Assembly (NCBI GenBank): GCA_036558345.1
Contig: DATBFV010000041.1
Span: 2,289-66,288, forward strand
Reading direction: 5' to 3'
From: Gemmatimonadales bacterium
Lineage (GTDB): Bacteria; Gemmatimonadota; Gemmatimonadetes; Gemmatimonadales; GWC2-71-9
Length of the DNA stretch: 64,000 nt
Position numbers and translations under genes: made by a program. Positions 55,185 to 63,905 of this stretch are shown piece by piece; position 1 is the stretch's first letter; the number at the start of each line of letters is the position of its first letter. Under the pieces are notes generated by a model. The model saw nothing but the letters and a program-made list of their open reading frames with translations. It did not search any database and was not told the DNA's origin.

Positions 55185-56767
55185 CGGCCGTTCTTCAGGA
55201 TCGTCATCGCGGCGAGGCGGCCCGACGCGCCCATGATCCCGCCACCCGGGTGCGTGCCGGAGCCGGCCTGATAGAAGCCCCGCACCGGTGTCGTGAACTT
55301 CGCCCAGCCTGGCGCGGGTCGCAGGAAGAAGAGCTGATGCAGCGCGAGCTCGCCGGCGAAGATGTTGCCCTCGGAGAGCCCCGTGATCTTTTCGATGTCG
55401 AGCGGCGTGATCACCTGGCGGTGCAGAATCAGCGATTTGAAGCCCGGCGCAAAGCTCTCGACGGTGTTCACCACTGCGTCGCCGAAGGCTTCGCGCTTCG
55501 CGTCGGTCCAGCCGCCGTTCTGGTTGTACGGCGCGTACTGCACGAAGATCGACATGACGTGTTTGCCCGGCGGCGCCATCCCCGGATCGATCATCGATGG
55601 AAACACGATGTCCATGTAGGGCCGCCGCGAGAACTCGCCGTACTTCGCGTCGTCGTACGCGCGCTCCACGTAGTCGAGGCTCGGACTGATCGAGACGGCG
55701 CCGCGATGCAGCCGACCGCCCGGTCCGCCGTCGGGCATACAGGCGAACTTCGGTAAACCTGACAGCGCGAGATTCACTTTCCCGGACGAGCCGCGGAACT
55801 TGAAGCGGCGAATGTCACCGATGAGGTCGTCGGGAAGGTCGCCCTTCTCGAGCAGTTGCAGGAACGTGCGGCGCGGATCGAGACTCGACACGATGGTGCT
55901 TGCGCGCAGCTCGTCGCCGTTCTCGAGCGCGACGCCGATCGCGCGGCCGCTCTTTACCATGACTTTGCTGACGCCGGCATCGCAGCGGATCTCCGCGCCA
56001 AAGCCGCGCGCGGCTGATGCGATCGCCTCGCTGACGGCGCCGGTCCCGCCCTTGGCAAAGCCCCAGGCGCGGAAGACGCCGTCCAGCTCGCCCATGTAAT
56101 GATGAAGGAGGACGTACGCCGTGCCCGGGGAGCGCGGCCCCAGGAACGTGCCGATGATCCCGCTGGCCGATTTCGTGGCCTTGAGCACGTCGGTCTCGAA
56201 CCACTCGTCCAGGAAATCGGCCGAGCTCATCGTCATCAGCTTGACGAGCGCGTGCAGCCGCTCGGCGCCCAGGCCGCGGAAATGCTTGCCGAGCTTGAGC
56301 AGTCCCGCGAGGTCGCCGGGAGCGAACGACGTGGGGTCTGGCGGTACCATGCTGAGGATCGGCTTCACCGCTCGGGCCATGAAGTGCATCAGGTGGCCGT
56401 ATTCGTCGTACGCTTCGGCATCGCGCGGCGAATGGCGGTATAGCTCGCGCCGGGTCTCGTCGTGGTCTGCCCAGGCGGCGAGATAATTGCCGTTCTCCAT
56501 CGGCGTGACGGTGCTCTCGAGCGGCAGGATGTGCAGCCCGTGCCGCGGCAGGTCGAGATCGCGAATGATCTCGGGCCGGAGCAGCGACACGACGTAGGAG
56601 AACATCGAAAACTTGAAGCCAGGGAAGATCTCTTCGGTAACGGCGGCCCCCCCCACGCGCGGCCGCCGCTCGAGCACGAGCACCGACTTGCCGGCCCGCG
56701 CGAGATACGCCGCTGTAACCAGGCCGTTGTGGCCGCCGCCGATGATGATCGCGTCGTACTGTTTCAC
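55181..56767 (-). CDS. NAD(P)/FAD-dependent oxidoreductase, phytoene-desaturase (CrtI)/PYROXD2-like family
   Basis: Trimmed to the GTG start VKQYDAIIIGGGHNGLVTAAYLARAGKSVLVLERRPRVGGA (GxGxxG plus E...GG), which forms a GTGA overlap with the upstream stop. C-terminal GSGTHPGGGIMGASGR. The 111-aa track extension lies inside the GcvT-like gene. Confidence 0.85.
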   Translation of the reverse strand: MKQYDAIIIGGGHNGLVTAAYLARAGKSVLVLERRPRVGGAAVTEEIFPGFKFSMFSYVVSLLRPEIIRDLDLPRHGLHILPLESTVTPMENGNYLAAWADHDETRRELYRHSPRDAEAYDEYGHLMHFMARAVKPILSMVPPDPTSFAPGDLAGLLKLGKHFRGLGAERLHALVKLMTMSSADFLDEWFETDVLKATKSASGIIGTFLGPRSPGTAYVLLHHYMGELDGVFRAWGFAKGGTGAVSEAIASAARGFGAEIRCDAGVSKVMVKSGRAIGVALENGDELRASTIVSSLDPRRTFLQLLEKGDLPDDLIGDIRRFKFRGSSGKVNLALSGLPKFACMPDGGPGGRLHRGAVSISPSLDYVERAYDDAKYGEFSRRPYMDIVFPSMIDPGMAPPGKHVMSIFVQYAPYNQNGGWTDAKREAFGDAVVNTVESFAPGFKSLILHRQVITPLDIEKITGLSEGNIFAGELALHQLFFLRPAPGWAKFTTPVRGFYQAGSGTHPGGGIMGASGRLAAMTILKNGR

Positions 56768-58017
56768 GCGCCCCCCCGCTTCCGTTCCGGATTGAAAAAG
56801 GGCAGGGGCGTCACGCGCGCGTGGGCCGCTTTCCGTCGATGTTCGACCGTGATCTCCATGAGCAGCTCGGTGCCGGGCTTTGCGAACTGCGACTCGAGGT
56901 GTACCAGCGCCAAGTACTGCTTGAGCAGAGGCGACCATCCGCCGCTCGTCGCGTAACCGACCTGACGGCCGCCGCGGCCGTCGGCGTAGACGGGGACGCT
57001 CGTGCGCCACGCTTGCGTCGGGAGTCGCGGGGGGAGTCCGACCGTCGCATACAGCAGTTCGAGCGAGTCCCAATCGACCGTGAGACCCGTGAATCGCCAC
57101 GCCGGTCCCCGCGCGCGCTCGGCCTCAAGCGCCGCCTGGCCGTTGTAGCGCTCCTTGTCCGTGGCAACCGTCCAGGCGAGTCCCAGCTCCAGCGGCGACG
57201 ATTTCTGCGCCTCGATCAGCGCGTGGCGGGAGGAGAAATAGTCCACCTCGATGAGCAACAAGCCCGCTTCGATGCGCGCGACGTCGAGCGCGAGCATCCC
57301 GGCCGGCGTGATGCCGTAGGGAGTTCCGGTTTCGATCAGCGCATCCCACAGCTCGACCGCCCGGCTCGCGTCCACCCAGACTTCATAGCCCAGATCCCCC
57401 GTATAGCCGGTGCGAGAAATGGTGACAGGAATGCCGCGAATCTTCGCGCTCGTCAGCCGGAAATACTTGAGCGCGCTGAGATCGCGCTCGGCGGCGAGCT
57501 GGAGAATCTCCCGCGAGCTTGGTCCTTGCAGCGACAACGCGGCTGTCGTGTCGGATACGTCCTGGATTTGGACATCGAGCCCTGATGAATTCAGATGGAG
57601 CCACCGCAGCGTCGGGTCGGCCGAGGTCATCCGGAAGGTTTGTTCGTCGAGGACCGAGATCGTGCCGTCGTCAATTTGCTTTCCTTCATTGTCGCACCAC
57701 GGCGTGTAGAGCACCTGGCCGACCTTCGCCTTGGCCACGTTGCGGGTGACCACGTGATCCAGCAGGCGGCGCGCATCGCGCCCCGTGACGAGATACTTGT
57801 ACAGCGGCGACACGTCGAACAGCGCCGCCGAGTTGCGGATGGCGTGGTACTCGCGATCGTGCGACAGCTCGTACGAGCTGGCGACGACGTAGCCGGCCCA
57901 GCGCCGCCAGGCCTGACCTTCCGAGAGCGGACCCGTGCGGGGATGAAACGGCGTGGTGCGGAGACTCACGTGGCTTCGAAGTTGTCCATGATCGGGCGCG
58001 AAATCTAACTTTGGCAT
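56764..58017 (-). CDS. aminomethyltransferase-family (GcvT-like, folate-binding) protein
   Basis: HAIRNSAALFDVSPLYKYLVTGRDA, ALSLQGPSSREIL, ISRTGYTGDLGYEVW and GMLALDVARIEAGL are typical GCV_T blocks. An alternative GTG start at 57969 is possible. Confidence 0.85.
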   Translation of the reverse strand: MPKLDFAPDHGQLRSHVSLRTTPFHPRTGPLSEGQAWRRWAGYVVASSYELSHDREYHAIRNSAALFDVSPLYKYLVTGRDARRLLDHVVTRNVAKAKVGQVLYTPWCDNEGKQIDDGTISVLDEQTFRMTSADPTLRWLHLNSSGLDVQIQDVSDTTAALSLQGPSSREILQLAAERDLSALKYFRLTSAKIRGIPVTISRTGYTGDLGYEVWVDASRAVELWDALIETGTPYGITPAGMLALDVARIEAGLLLIEVDYFSSRHALIEAQKSSPLELGLAWTVATDKERYNGQAALEAERARGPAWRFTGLTVDWDSLELLYATVGLPPRLPTQAWRTSVPVYADGRGGRQVGYATSGGWSPLLKQYLALVHLESQFAKPGTELLMEITVEHRRKAAHARVTPLPFFNPERKRGGA

Positions 58018-58756
58018 GATGCGACTGCACCTCGTGGAAATTCACGATCTGCGCGGCTGCCCGCCGACGCTGCGCGACGCCTTGACCGACTTTCTGGCTT
58101 TCAGCGTGAACCTCGCGGGCGCATACGACCCCGCGGGACCGCTCTTGCGGCGCGCCGTCGCGCGATCCGGGGCGCGGCGGATCGTCGATCTCTGTTCCGG
58201 TGCGGGCGGCCCATGGCACCGGTTGGCGGCCGAGGTCGGCGTGCCGGTGCTGCTGACGGACCTGTACCCACACGGCGGCGGCGCCGGTGCGCTGCCGTTG
58301 CATGACGAGCCGGTCGACGCGCGTGCCGTGCCGCGAGAGCTCGATGGCTTCCGGACGATCTTCACGGCGTTTCATCATTTTCCACCCGAGCAGGCCCGGG
58401 AGATCCTTGCTGATGCGGTGAGCCGTGGACAGGGAATCGGCATTTTCGAGATCGCGCGGCGCGCGCCACGCGAGCTCGCGATCATCGCCTTCACGTGGCT
58501 CGGCACACTGGTTGCCGCACCCTTCGTGCGGCCCTGGAGCTGGTCGCGCGTGCTCTGGACCTATCTTCCGCCTGTGTTGCCGCTCGTCGGCACGTTCGAT
58601 GGCGTCGTCTCGTGCCTGCGGACTTACACGAAGGGCGAGTTGGCGGAGCTGGTTCGCGGCTTGGATACGTACGACTGGGACATTGGGGATTTTCGGGGAG
58701 GCTGGTCGCCGCTCAGGGGCACCTATCTGATCGGGATTCCGAAAAGCCGGGCCTAG
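58016..58756 (+). CDS. putative class I SAM-dependent methyltransferase-like protein
   Basis: RIVDLCSGAGGP resembles SAM motif I. The frame is GC3-rich and the C-terminal half is hydrophobic. The family assignment is weak. Confidence 0.65.
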   Translation: MMRLHLVEIHDLRGCPPTLRDALTDFLAFSVNLAGAYDPAGPLLRRAVARSGARRIVDLCSGAGGPWHRLAAEVGVPVLLTDLYPHGGGAGALPLHDEPVDARAVPRELDGFRTIFTAFHHFPPEQAREILADAVSRGQGIGIFEIARRAPRELAIIAFTWLGTLVAAPFVRPWSWSRVLWTYLPPVLPLVGTFDGVVSCLRTYTKGELAELVRGLDTYDWDIGDFRGGWSPLRGTYLIGIPKSRA

Positions 58757-58759
58757 CCG

Positions 58760-58782
58760 CCCGCGGTACCGCGGGTTCTCTT
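58760..58782 (+). terminator. intrinsic-terminator-like hairpin
   Basis: The perfect 16-nt palindrome CCCGCGGTACCGCGGG (58760-58775) is followed by TTCTCTT. It lies 4 nt after the TAG at 58754-58756. Confidence 0.5.
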
Positions 58783-58818
58783 ACCAGTCCGCACATTTTC
58801 CCGCTCCGCGGAGGTTCT

Positions 58819-60906
58819 ATGCGTACTTTCGCCGTTGCCGCTGTGTTTGTTGTCTGTCTGAGCCCCGCCGTTGCTGCAAGTCAAGAAACCGCATCCGACA
58901 CGCTCCTCACCGTCAACCACTATCTCGACTGGGAGCAGGTCGCCGACCCGCAGATTTCGCCCGATGGCGCGCAGATCATCTACACGCGCCGCTGGGTGAA
59001 CAAGATCGAAGATCGCTGGGACGCGGGACTCTGGATCATGAATGCCGACGGCTCGCGCAACCGATTCCTGGTCAAGGGGTCGAACGCCCGCTGGGCTCCC
59101 GACGGTTCACGCATCGCCTACTTCGCGGACGGCGACCCGAAGGGCACGCAAGTCTTTGTGCGCTGGATGGACGCCGAAGGCGCGACGTCGCAGGTGACGC
59201 ACCTCAGCGAGAACCCGAGCAATCTGAGCTGGTCGCCTGACGGCAAGTCGCTCGCGTTCACGATGCTGGTGAAGAGCGAGACGCCGTGGAAGATCAGCAT
59301 GCCGGCGGCCCCCGACGGAGCCAAGTGGACACCCGCACCGCGCGTCGTCGACCGGATGCATTACCGCCGCGATCGGCAGGGCTACGTGGAGCAGGGGACG
59401 ACACACATCTTCCTCGTCCTCGCCGACGGCGGCACGCCGCGCCAACTCACGACCGGCGACTTCGCTCCGACCGAGTTCGGCGGCTTCGGCCCTCCGAGCT
59501 ACGACTGGACACCCGACGGTCGAACCATCGTGTTTGACGGCCTGCGCGAACCGGATGGTGATTACCGGTATCGCGAGTCGTATCTGTACGCCGTCGATGT
59601 CACGAGTGGCAAGGTTCGTCAGCTCGTGAGCAAGAAGGGGAGCTGGACGGGACCGGTCGTGTCTCCGGATGGGCGGACGGTCGCGTTTACCGGCGCCGAC
59701 TACGGGACGTATTCGTATCATGCCGACGAAGTCTGGACGGTGGGTATCGACGGCACCGGGATGCGCGCCCTCACGACCTACGATCGCGATCCGGGTAGCG
59801 TGCGTTGGAGCCCGGATGGCAGCGGCGTCTTCTTCCCGCTGGCGGAACAGGGCACGAGCAACGTGTACTTCGCCGCACTGCGCGGCGGCAATCGCAAGGT
59901 CACCGACGGCGACCAGATGCTGTCCCTCGCGTCGATCGCGCGGCGTGGCAAGGAATTCAGCGGCGTGGGTATCCGAACCGACGCGACCAACCCCCCGGAC
60001 GTGGTCCGGTTCGGCCTCGGCGCCGGACGCGTGCAGCCGGTCACGCGCCTGACGAGTGTCAATGCCGACGTGCTGCAGGGCATCAGGCTCGGCGCCGAGG
60101 AGACCATCTGGTACTCCTCGGGCGGCGGCACGAAGGTGCAGGGTTGGATCATCAAGCCGCCGGGCTTCGACAAGAGCAAGAAATACCCGCTCATCATGGA
60201 GATTCACGGCGGACCGCACGGCATGTACAACGGCGCGTTCAGCTATCAGCTGCAGAATTTCGCCGCCAACGGCTACGTCGTGCTCATCACGAATCCGCGT
60301 GGCAGCACCGGCTACGGCAGCACGTTCGGCAATGCGATTGAGCGCGCTTATCCCAGCGTGGACTATGACGACTTGATGGCGGGCGTGGATACCGTCGTCG
60401 GCCGCGGTTACATCGACACGCAGCGCATGTACGTCGGCGGCTGCTCCGGTGGCGGCGTGCTGTCGAGCTGGGTGATCGGTCACACGACGCGGTTTGCGGC
60501 CGCCGCTGTGCGATGCCCGGTGATCGACTGGCTGAGCTTTGCGGGTGAGACCGACGTGCCCCTGTTCACGTACGGCTTCTTCGACGCGCCGTTCTGGGAG
60601 AAGCCGGACCAGTGGATCAAGCAGTCGTCACTCGCGTACGTCGGGAACGTGAAGACCCCGACGCTGCTGATGACGGGGGAACTCGACCTGCGCACGCCGA
60701 TCCCGCAGACCGAGGAGTACTACTCGGCGCTGAAGATGCGGAAAGTGCCGGTTGTGATGCTGCGGTTCAACGGAGAGTATCACGGCACCAGCTCCAAGCC
60801 ATCGAACTACCTGCGGACGCAGCTCTACATGCTGAGCTGGTATCAGCAACACAAGCTCGGCGGCGAGGGCGCCGCAGCTACGACGAGCGAGGCGCGGCAG
60901 CCCTAG
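58819..60906 (+). CDS. S9-family serine peptidase (prolyl oligopeptidase/acylaminoacyl peptidase-like) with N-terminal beta-propeller
   Basis: Trimmed to MRTFAVAAVFVVCLSPAVAA (signal peptide, GGAGG upstream). PD40-like blocks are ISPDGAQIIYT, WAPDGSRIAY, WSPDGKSLAF and VSPDGRTVAF. Nucleophile elbow GGCSGGG. HG-type block MEIHGGPHG. Confidence 0.9.
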   Translation: MRTFAVAAVFVVCLSPAVAASQETASDTLLTVNHYLDWEQVADPQISPDGAQIIYTRRWVNKIEDRWDAGLWIMNADGSRNRFLVKGSNARWAPDGSRIAYFADGDPKGTQVFVRWMDAEGATSQVTHLSENPSNLSWSPDGKSLAFTMLVKSETPWKISMPAAPDGAKWTPAPRVVDRMHYRRDRQGYVEQGTTHIFLVLADGGTPRQLTTGDFAPTEFGGFGPPSYDWTPDGRTIVFDGLREPDGDYRYRESYLYAVDVTSGKVRQLVSKKGSWTGPVVSPDGRTVAFTGADYGTYSYHADEVWTVGIDGTGMRALTTYDRDPGSVRWSPDGSGVFFPLAEQGTSNVYFAALRGGNRKVTDGDQMLSLASIARRGKEFSGVGIRTDATNPPDVVRFGLGAGRVQPVTRLTSVNADVLQGIRLGAEETIWYSSGGGTKVQGWIIKPPGFDKSKKYPLIMEIHGGPHGMYNGAFSYQLQNFAANGYVVLITNPRGSTGYGSTFGNAIERAYPSVDYDDLMAGVDTVVGRGYIDTQRMYVGGCSGGGVLSSWVIGHTTRFAAAAVRCPVIDWLSFAGETDVPLFTYGFFDAPFWEKPDQWIKQSSLAYVGNVKTPTLLMTGELDLRTPIPQTEEYYSALKMRKVPVVMLRFNGEYHGTSSKPSNYLRTQLYMLSWYQQHKLGGEGAAATTSEARQP

Positions 60907-63905
60907 GGCCGCCGCAGCGTCCCCTCGAACACCTGTTGAGCCCGCGGGTCGTCGCTCTCCGCCAACCGGCGGAGGGCGTCGGCCCGGACCTCGCGATTCG
61001 GATGCGACCGCGCGATCTCGATCAGGACCGGGATCCCGGCGCCGTTGTCCATGCCTTCGAGCATCTCGAGCGCGTTGCTGCGGACGTCCTCCGACTGATC
61101 GTTCACCAGCGACTTGAGGAGCGCTACGCCTGAGTCGCTCGGCGCCTGGTCTACGTAGGTTTCCATCGCCTTGTGGCGGAGATCCGGATCGCCGGGAGCG
61201 CGGGCGATGCGGGCGACAATCGCCAGGGCGCGGGCGTCTTTCATGTCGCCGAGTGCCTCGATGGCCTCGCTCGCGCCGTCGGGGTCATTGGTGCGGCGCG
61301 CGAGGTCGCCGAGTACGGCACGGACGCTGTCTTTATGGCCGCTCTCGCCCAGCGTTTCGATCGCCTGCCGGCGCACATCACTCGAGGGATGGGTGCGCGC
61401 GATGTCGACGAGCAGGTCATACGCGCGCTCGTCCCGGAGATCGCCCAGCGTTTCCACGGCCTGGCGCTGGACATCTGAGTCCTTATCGCGGCGGGCGATC
61501 TGCGCGAGAATGTCGAACGCCTGCGCCGGCTGCGCCTTCTCGCCGATCGTTTCCACCGCGGCGCGACGGATGTCGGCGTCGACATGCGTGCGTGCGATGT
61601 CGATGACCGCCGGCAGCCCCGCCTCGCCAATCTCGCCAAGCGTCTCGAGTGATTGACGCTGCACGTCCTCACTGCGACTGCTCGAGGCTAGCCCCGAGAG
61701 GAACTGCACGGTCTCGGCCGTGGGCGCGAGCTCGCCGAGCTTTTCGATGGCGTCGCGCTGGACGTCGGGCTCCGGATCATTCGTCGCGACCGATTTCATC
61801 AGCGTGATTGCCTCGGCGCGCGGAAGATTGTCGCCCAGCGTCTCGATCGCCTCCCGGCGCACATCCGGACGTGGATGGCTGCGAGCGACGTCCTGAACCG
61901 CGGGCAGACCGCGCCCGTTCGGCAGTTCGCCAAGCGTCTCGACTGCTTCGCGCGCGACATCATCGTCCGCGTCGGTCCTGGCAATGGAGACCAGTGTCGC
62001 AAAGGCGCGGTCGCTCGTCTTCTGACCCAGTCCCTCAACGGCCTCCCGTCTCACGTCGGCATCCGTCGCCGTCTTCGCGACGGCGATCAGCGAGTCGGTT
62101 GCCGCTGGCAGCGTGTTATCGCCCAGCGCTTCGGCGGCCTCGCGACGGACGTCGCCCGAGACATCGCTGCGCGCGGCGGCACTCAGCGCGACGACGGCGG
62201 CCGCGGTCGGATGGAACCCCAACCACTCCGCGGCTTGCTGGCGCACCCCTTCCGGTTCGCGGCTCGTGAGCAGTCGTACCAGGACAGGCACGACCACATC
62301 ACTTGATCCGTGAATACCAACCGCCGCGACGACGTCCTCGCGCAGGTCTGGATTGCTGGTTGCGGCAAGCAACTCTTGTACGATCGGCAGGCTCTGTGCG
62401 TCGGTCGCGCCACCCAGCCACAGCAGTGTGCGACCGCGGAAATCGACCGGCAAATACGCACTCGCGACGTGCACATTCGTCAGCACCGGCTTCCCGCCCT
62501 GATCGGACCGGAAGCCGAACAGCATCGCGATATCGTCAGAGTCGCCGCTTCCGGTGAGCGAAGGCAGACGCACGCCGCGGAACATGAGCCCCTGGAAGTT
62601 TCCGTACATCCGGCCACTGATCGTGATGTTCTCGCCCTTCACCTCCGTACCACGATCGACATAGACGGAGTGGTCGAGCCACGCGGGGCGCGGGATCGTG
62701 TACCCGATCCAGAACGCTCGTTTGGAAAGCTGCCGGGCCTCGGTGCGGGCCCACTCCCATCGCTGGGCCAGCGATTGCGACGGATCCGGCGCGCGCACGA
62801 CGGTGTCCGGCGCCGTCCGCGTGGTGTCGGCGCTGAGCGTTGGCGTGGCGCTGGCCTCCGCGATGCGATCGCTTCCGGTCGCGAGCAAGACGACGGTCAC
62901 GGCCAGGATGCCGGCAATGCCGGCGGACCAGCGCGGGAAGTATTCCGGGCGAATGGACGACGGGACGAGCAGGCGCTGCACGCGATGGAGCAGCGATCCA
63001 CCGGTGGCCGCGAGCGCGAGCCGCGGCGTGGCCGGGCGGAGGCGCTCCATGCCGACCAACGCTGATGCATAGAGCTGCGGGTCTCCACAGGTGGCGACAA
63101 CGAGATCGTCGCAACAGTGCTCGCGCTCCTCGCGCACCCGGCGCGACACCCACCACACGGCAGGATGATAGAAGAGCAACGTCTCGATCATGCACTGCAT
63201 GATGTTCACGACGTAGTCGTATCGGCGCACGTGGGCCAATTCGTGCGCGAGCAGGACTTCGAGCTGCTGCGGCGTAAGCCCGCTGAGCGCGCTCGTCGGT
63301 ACGAGAATCACCGGGCGCAGCCAGCCGACGACGGCCGGGACTTCGATGACGAGGGACTCCACGAGGCGAACCGGACGTGTGACGCGAAGCCGCCGGGCAA
63401 GACGGGACAGGATCTGCTGCAAGGCCGCGGAGATTTCACGTGTGCCCTGGGTGCGCAGGCGGCGCGCCATCATCCAGCCGTGCGCCAGCCGCGCCGACAG
63501 GGCGATGACGCCAAGCAACCAAAGGACGACGAGCCACGGCAGGGCGGGTTCGAGCAGTGCCTGAAGTCGGAGCGGGGCCACGACGCTCGGGTGTTGTGCG
63601 TGGCTCTCAACCGCCATCGCGCGAGCGGGGGCGGGGAACGCGGCGGCGTTGTTCGTCGCCGGCTCCATGGCGGTTGGAGGCGCGTCGGCAGGAACGTGAG
63701 CGTTTGCGCGATTGAATAGCCGCACGCCGGTGCCGATCGGAAGCGCCAGCATTAGCGTCAGCGTGAAGAGTGCGAAGGTGTAGCGTGTGCGGGCCGCGGT
63801 CGCCGGTAGCACGGTGAGCGTCACGGCGAGCAGTAGCGCAAGTGTCGCGCCCTGCCACGCGAAGTGGACCAGCGCCCATCCCAGGGCAGAGATCGCGTTC
63901 ATCAC
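60903..63905 (-). CDS. M56-family (BlaR1/MecR1-like) membrane metalloprotease-sensor fused to a C-terminal HEAT-repeat array of about 15 units
   Basis: N-terminal TM segments. HELAHVRRYD (HExxH at residues 221-225), then ETLLFYHPAVWW. A further TM segment at about residues 326-344, a region of about 160 aa, then 15 repeats of the D[VI][RQ]R.A.E.LG type. The start is the GTG at 63905 or the ATG at 63902; both overlap the blaI-like stop. Confidence 0.9.
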   Translation of the reverse strand: MMNAISALGWALVHFAWQGATLALLLAVTLTVLPATAARTRYTFALFTLTLMLALPIGTGVRLFNRANAHVPADAPPTAMEPATNNAAAFPAPARAMAVESHAQHPSVVAPLRLQALLEPALPWLVVLWLLGVIALSARLAHGWMMARRLRTQGTREISAALQQILSRLARRLRVTRPVRLVESLVIEVPAVVGWLRPVILVPTSALSGLTPQQLEVLLAHELAHVRRYDYVVNIMQCMIETLLFYHPAVWWVSRRVREEREHCCDDLVVATCGDPQLYASALVGMERLRPATPRLALAATGGSLLHRVQRLLVPSSIRPEYFPRWSAGIAGILAVTVVLLATGSDRIAEASATPTLSADTTRTAPDTVVRAPDPSQSLAQRWEWARTEARQLSKRAFWIGYTIPRPAWLDHSVYVDRGTEVKGENITISGRMYGNFQGLMFRGVRLPSLTGSGDSDDIAMLFGFRSDQGGKPVLTNVHVASAYLPVDFRGRTLLWLGGATDAQSLPIVQELLAATSNPDLREDVVAAVGIHGSSDVVVPVLVRLLTSREPEGVRQQAAEWLGFHPTAAAVVALSAAARSDVSGDVRREAAEALGDNTLPAATDSLIAVAKTATDADVRREAVEGLGQKTSDRAFATLVSIARTDADDDVAREAVETLGELPNGRGLPAVQDVARSHPRPDVRREAIETLGDNLPRAEAITLMKSVATNDPEPDVQRDAIEKLGELAPTAETVQFLSGLASSSRSEDVQRQSLETLGEIGEAGLPAVIDIARTHVDADIRRAAVETIGEKAQPAQAFDILAQIARRDKDSDVQRQAVETLGDLRDERAYDLLVDIARTHPSSDVRRQAIETLGESGHKDSVRAVLGDLARRTNDPDGASEAIEALGDMKDARALAIVARIARAPGDPDLRHKAMETYVDQAPSDSGVALLKSLVNDQSEDVRSNALEMLEGMDNGAGIPVLIEIARSHPNREVRADALRRLAESDDPRAQQVFEGTLRRP
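60936..62393 (-). repeat. coding tandem repeat region (HEAT-like units, period about 30-33 codons)
   Basis: Repeat cores sit at residues 521, 553, 585, 617, 649, 681, 714, 747, 777, 811, 843, 875, 908, 940 and 972 of the 1000-aa protein. At the nucleotide level, 61345-61379 and 61831-61865 are identical at 33 of 35 positions. Confidence 0.8.
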
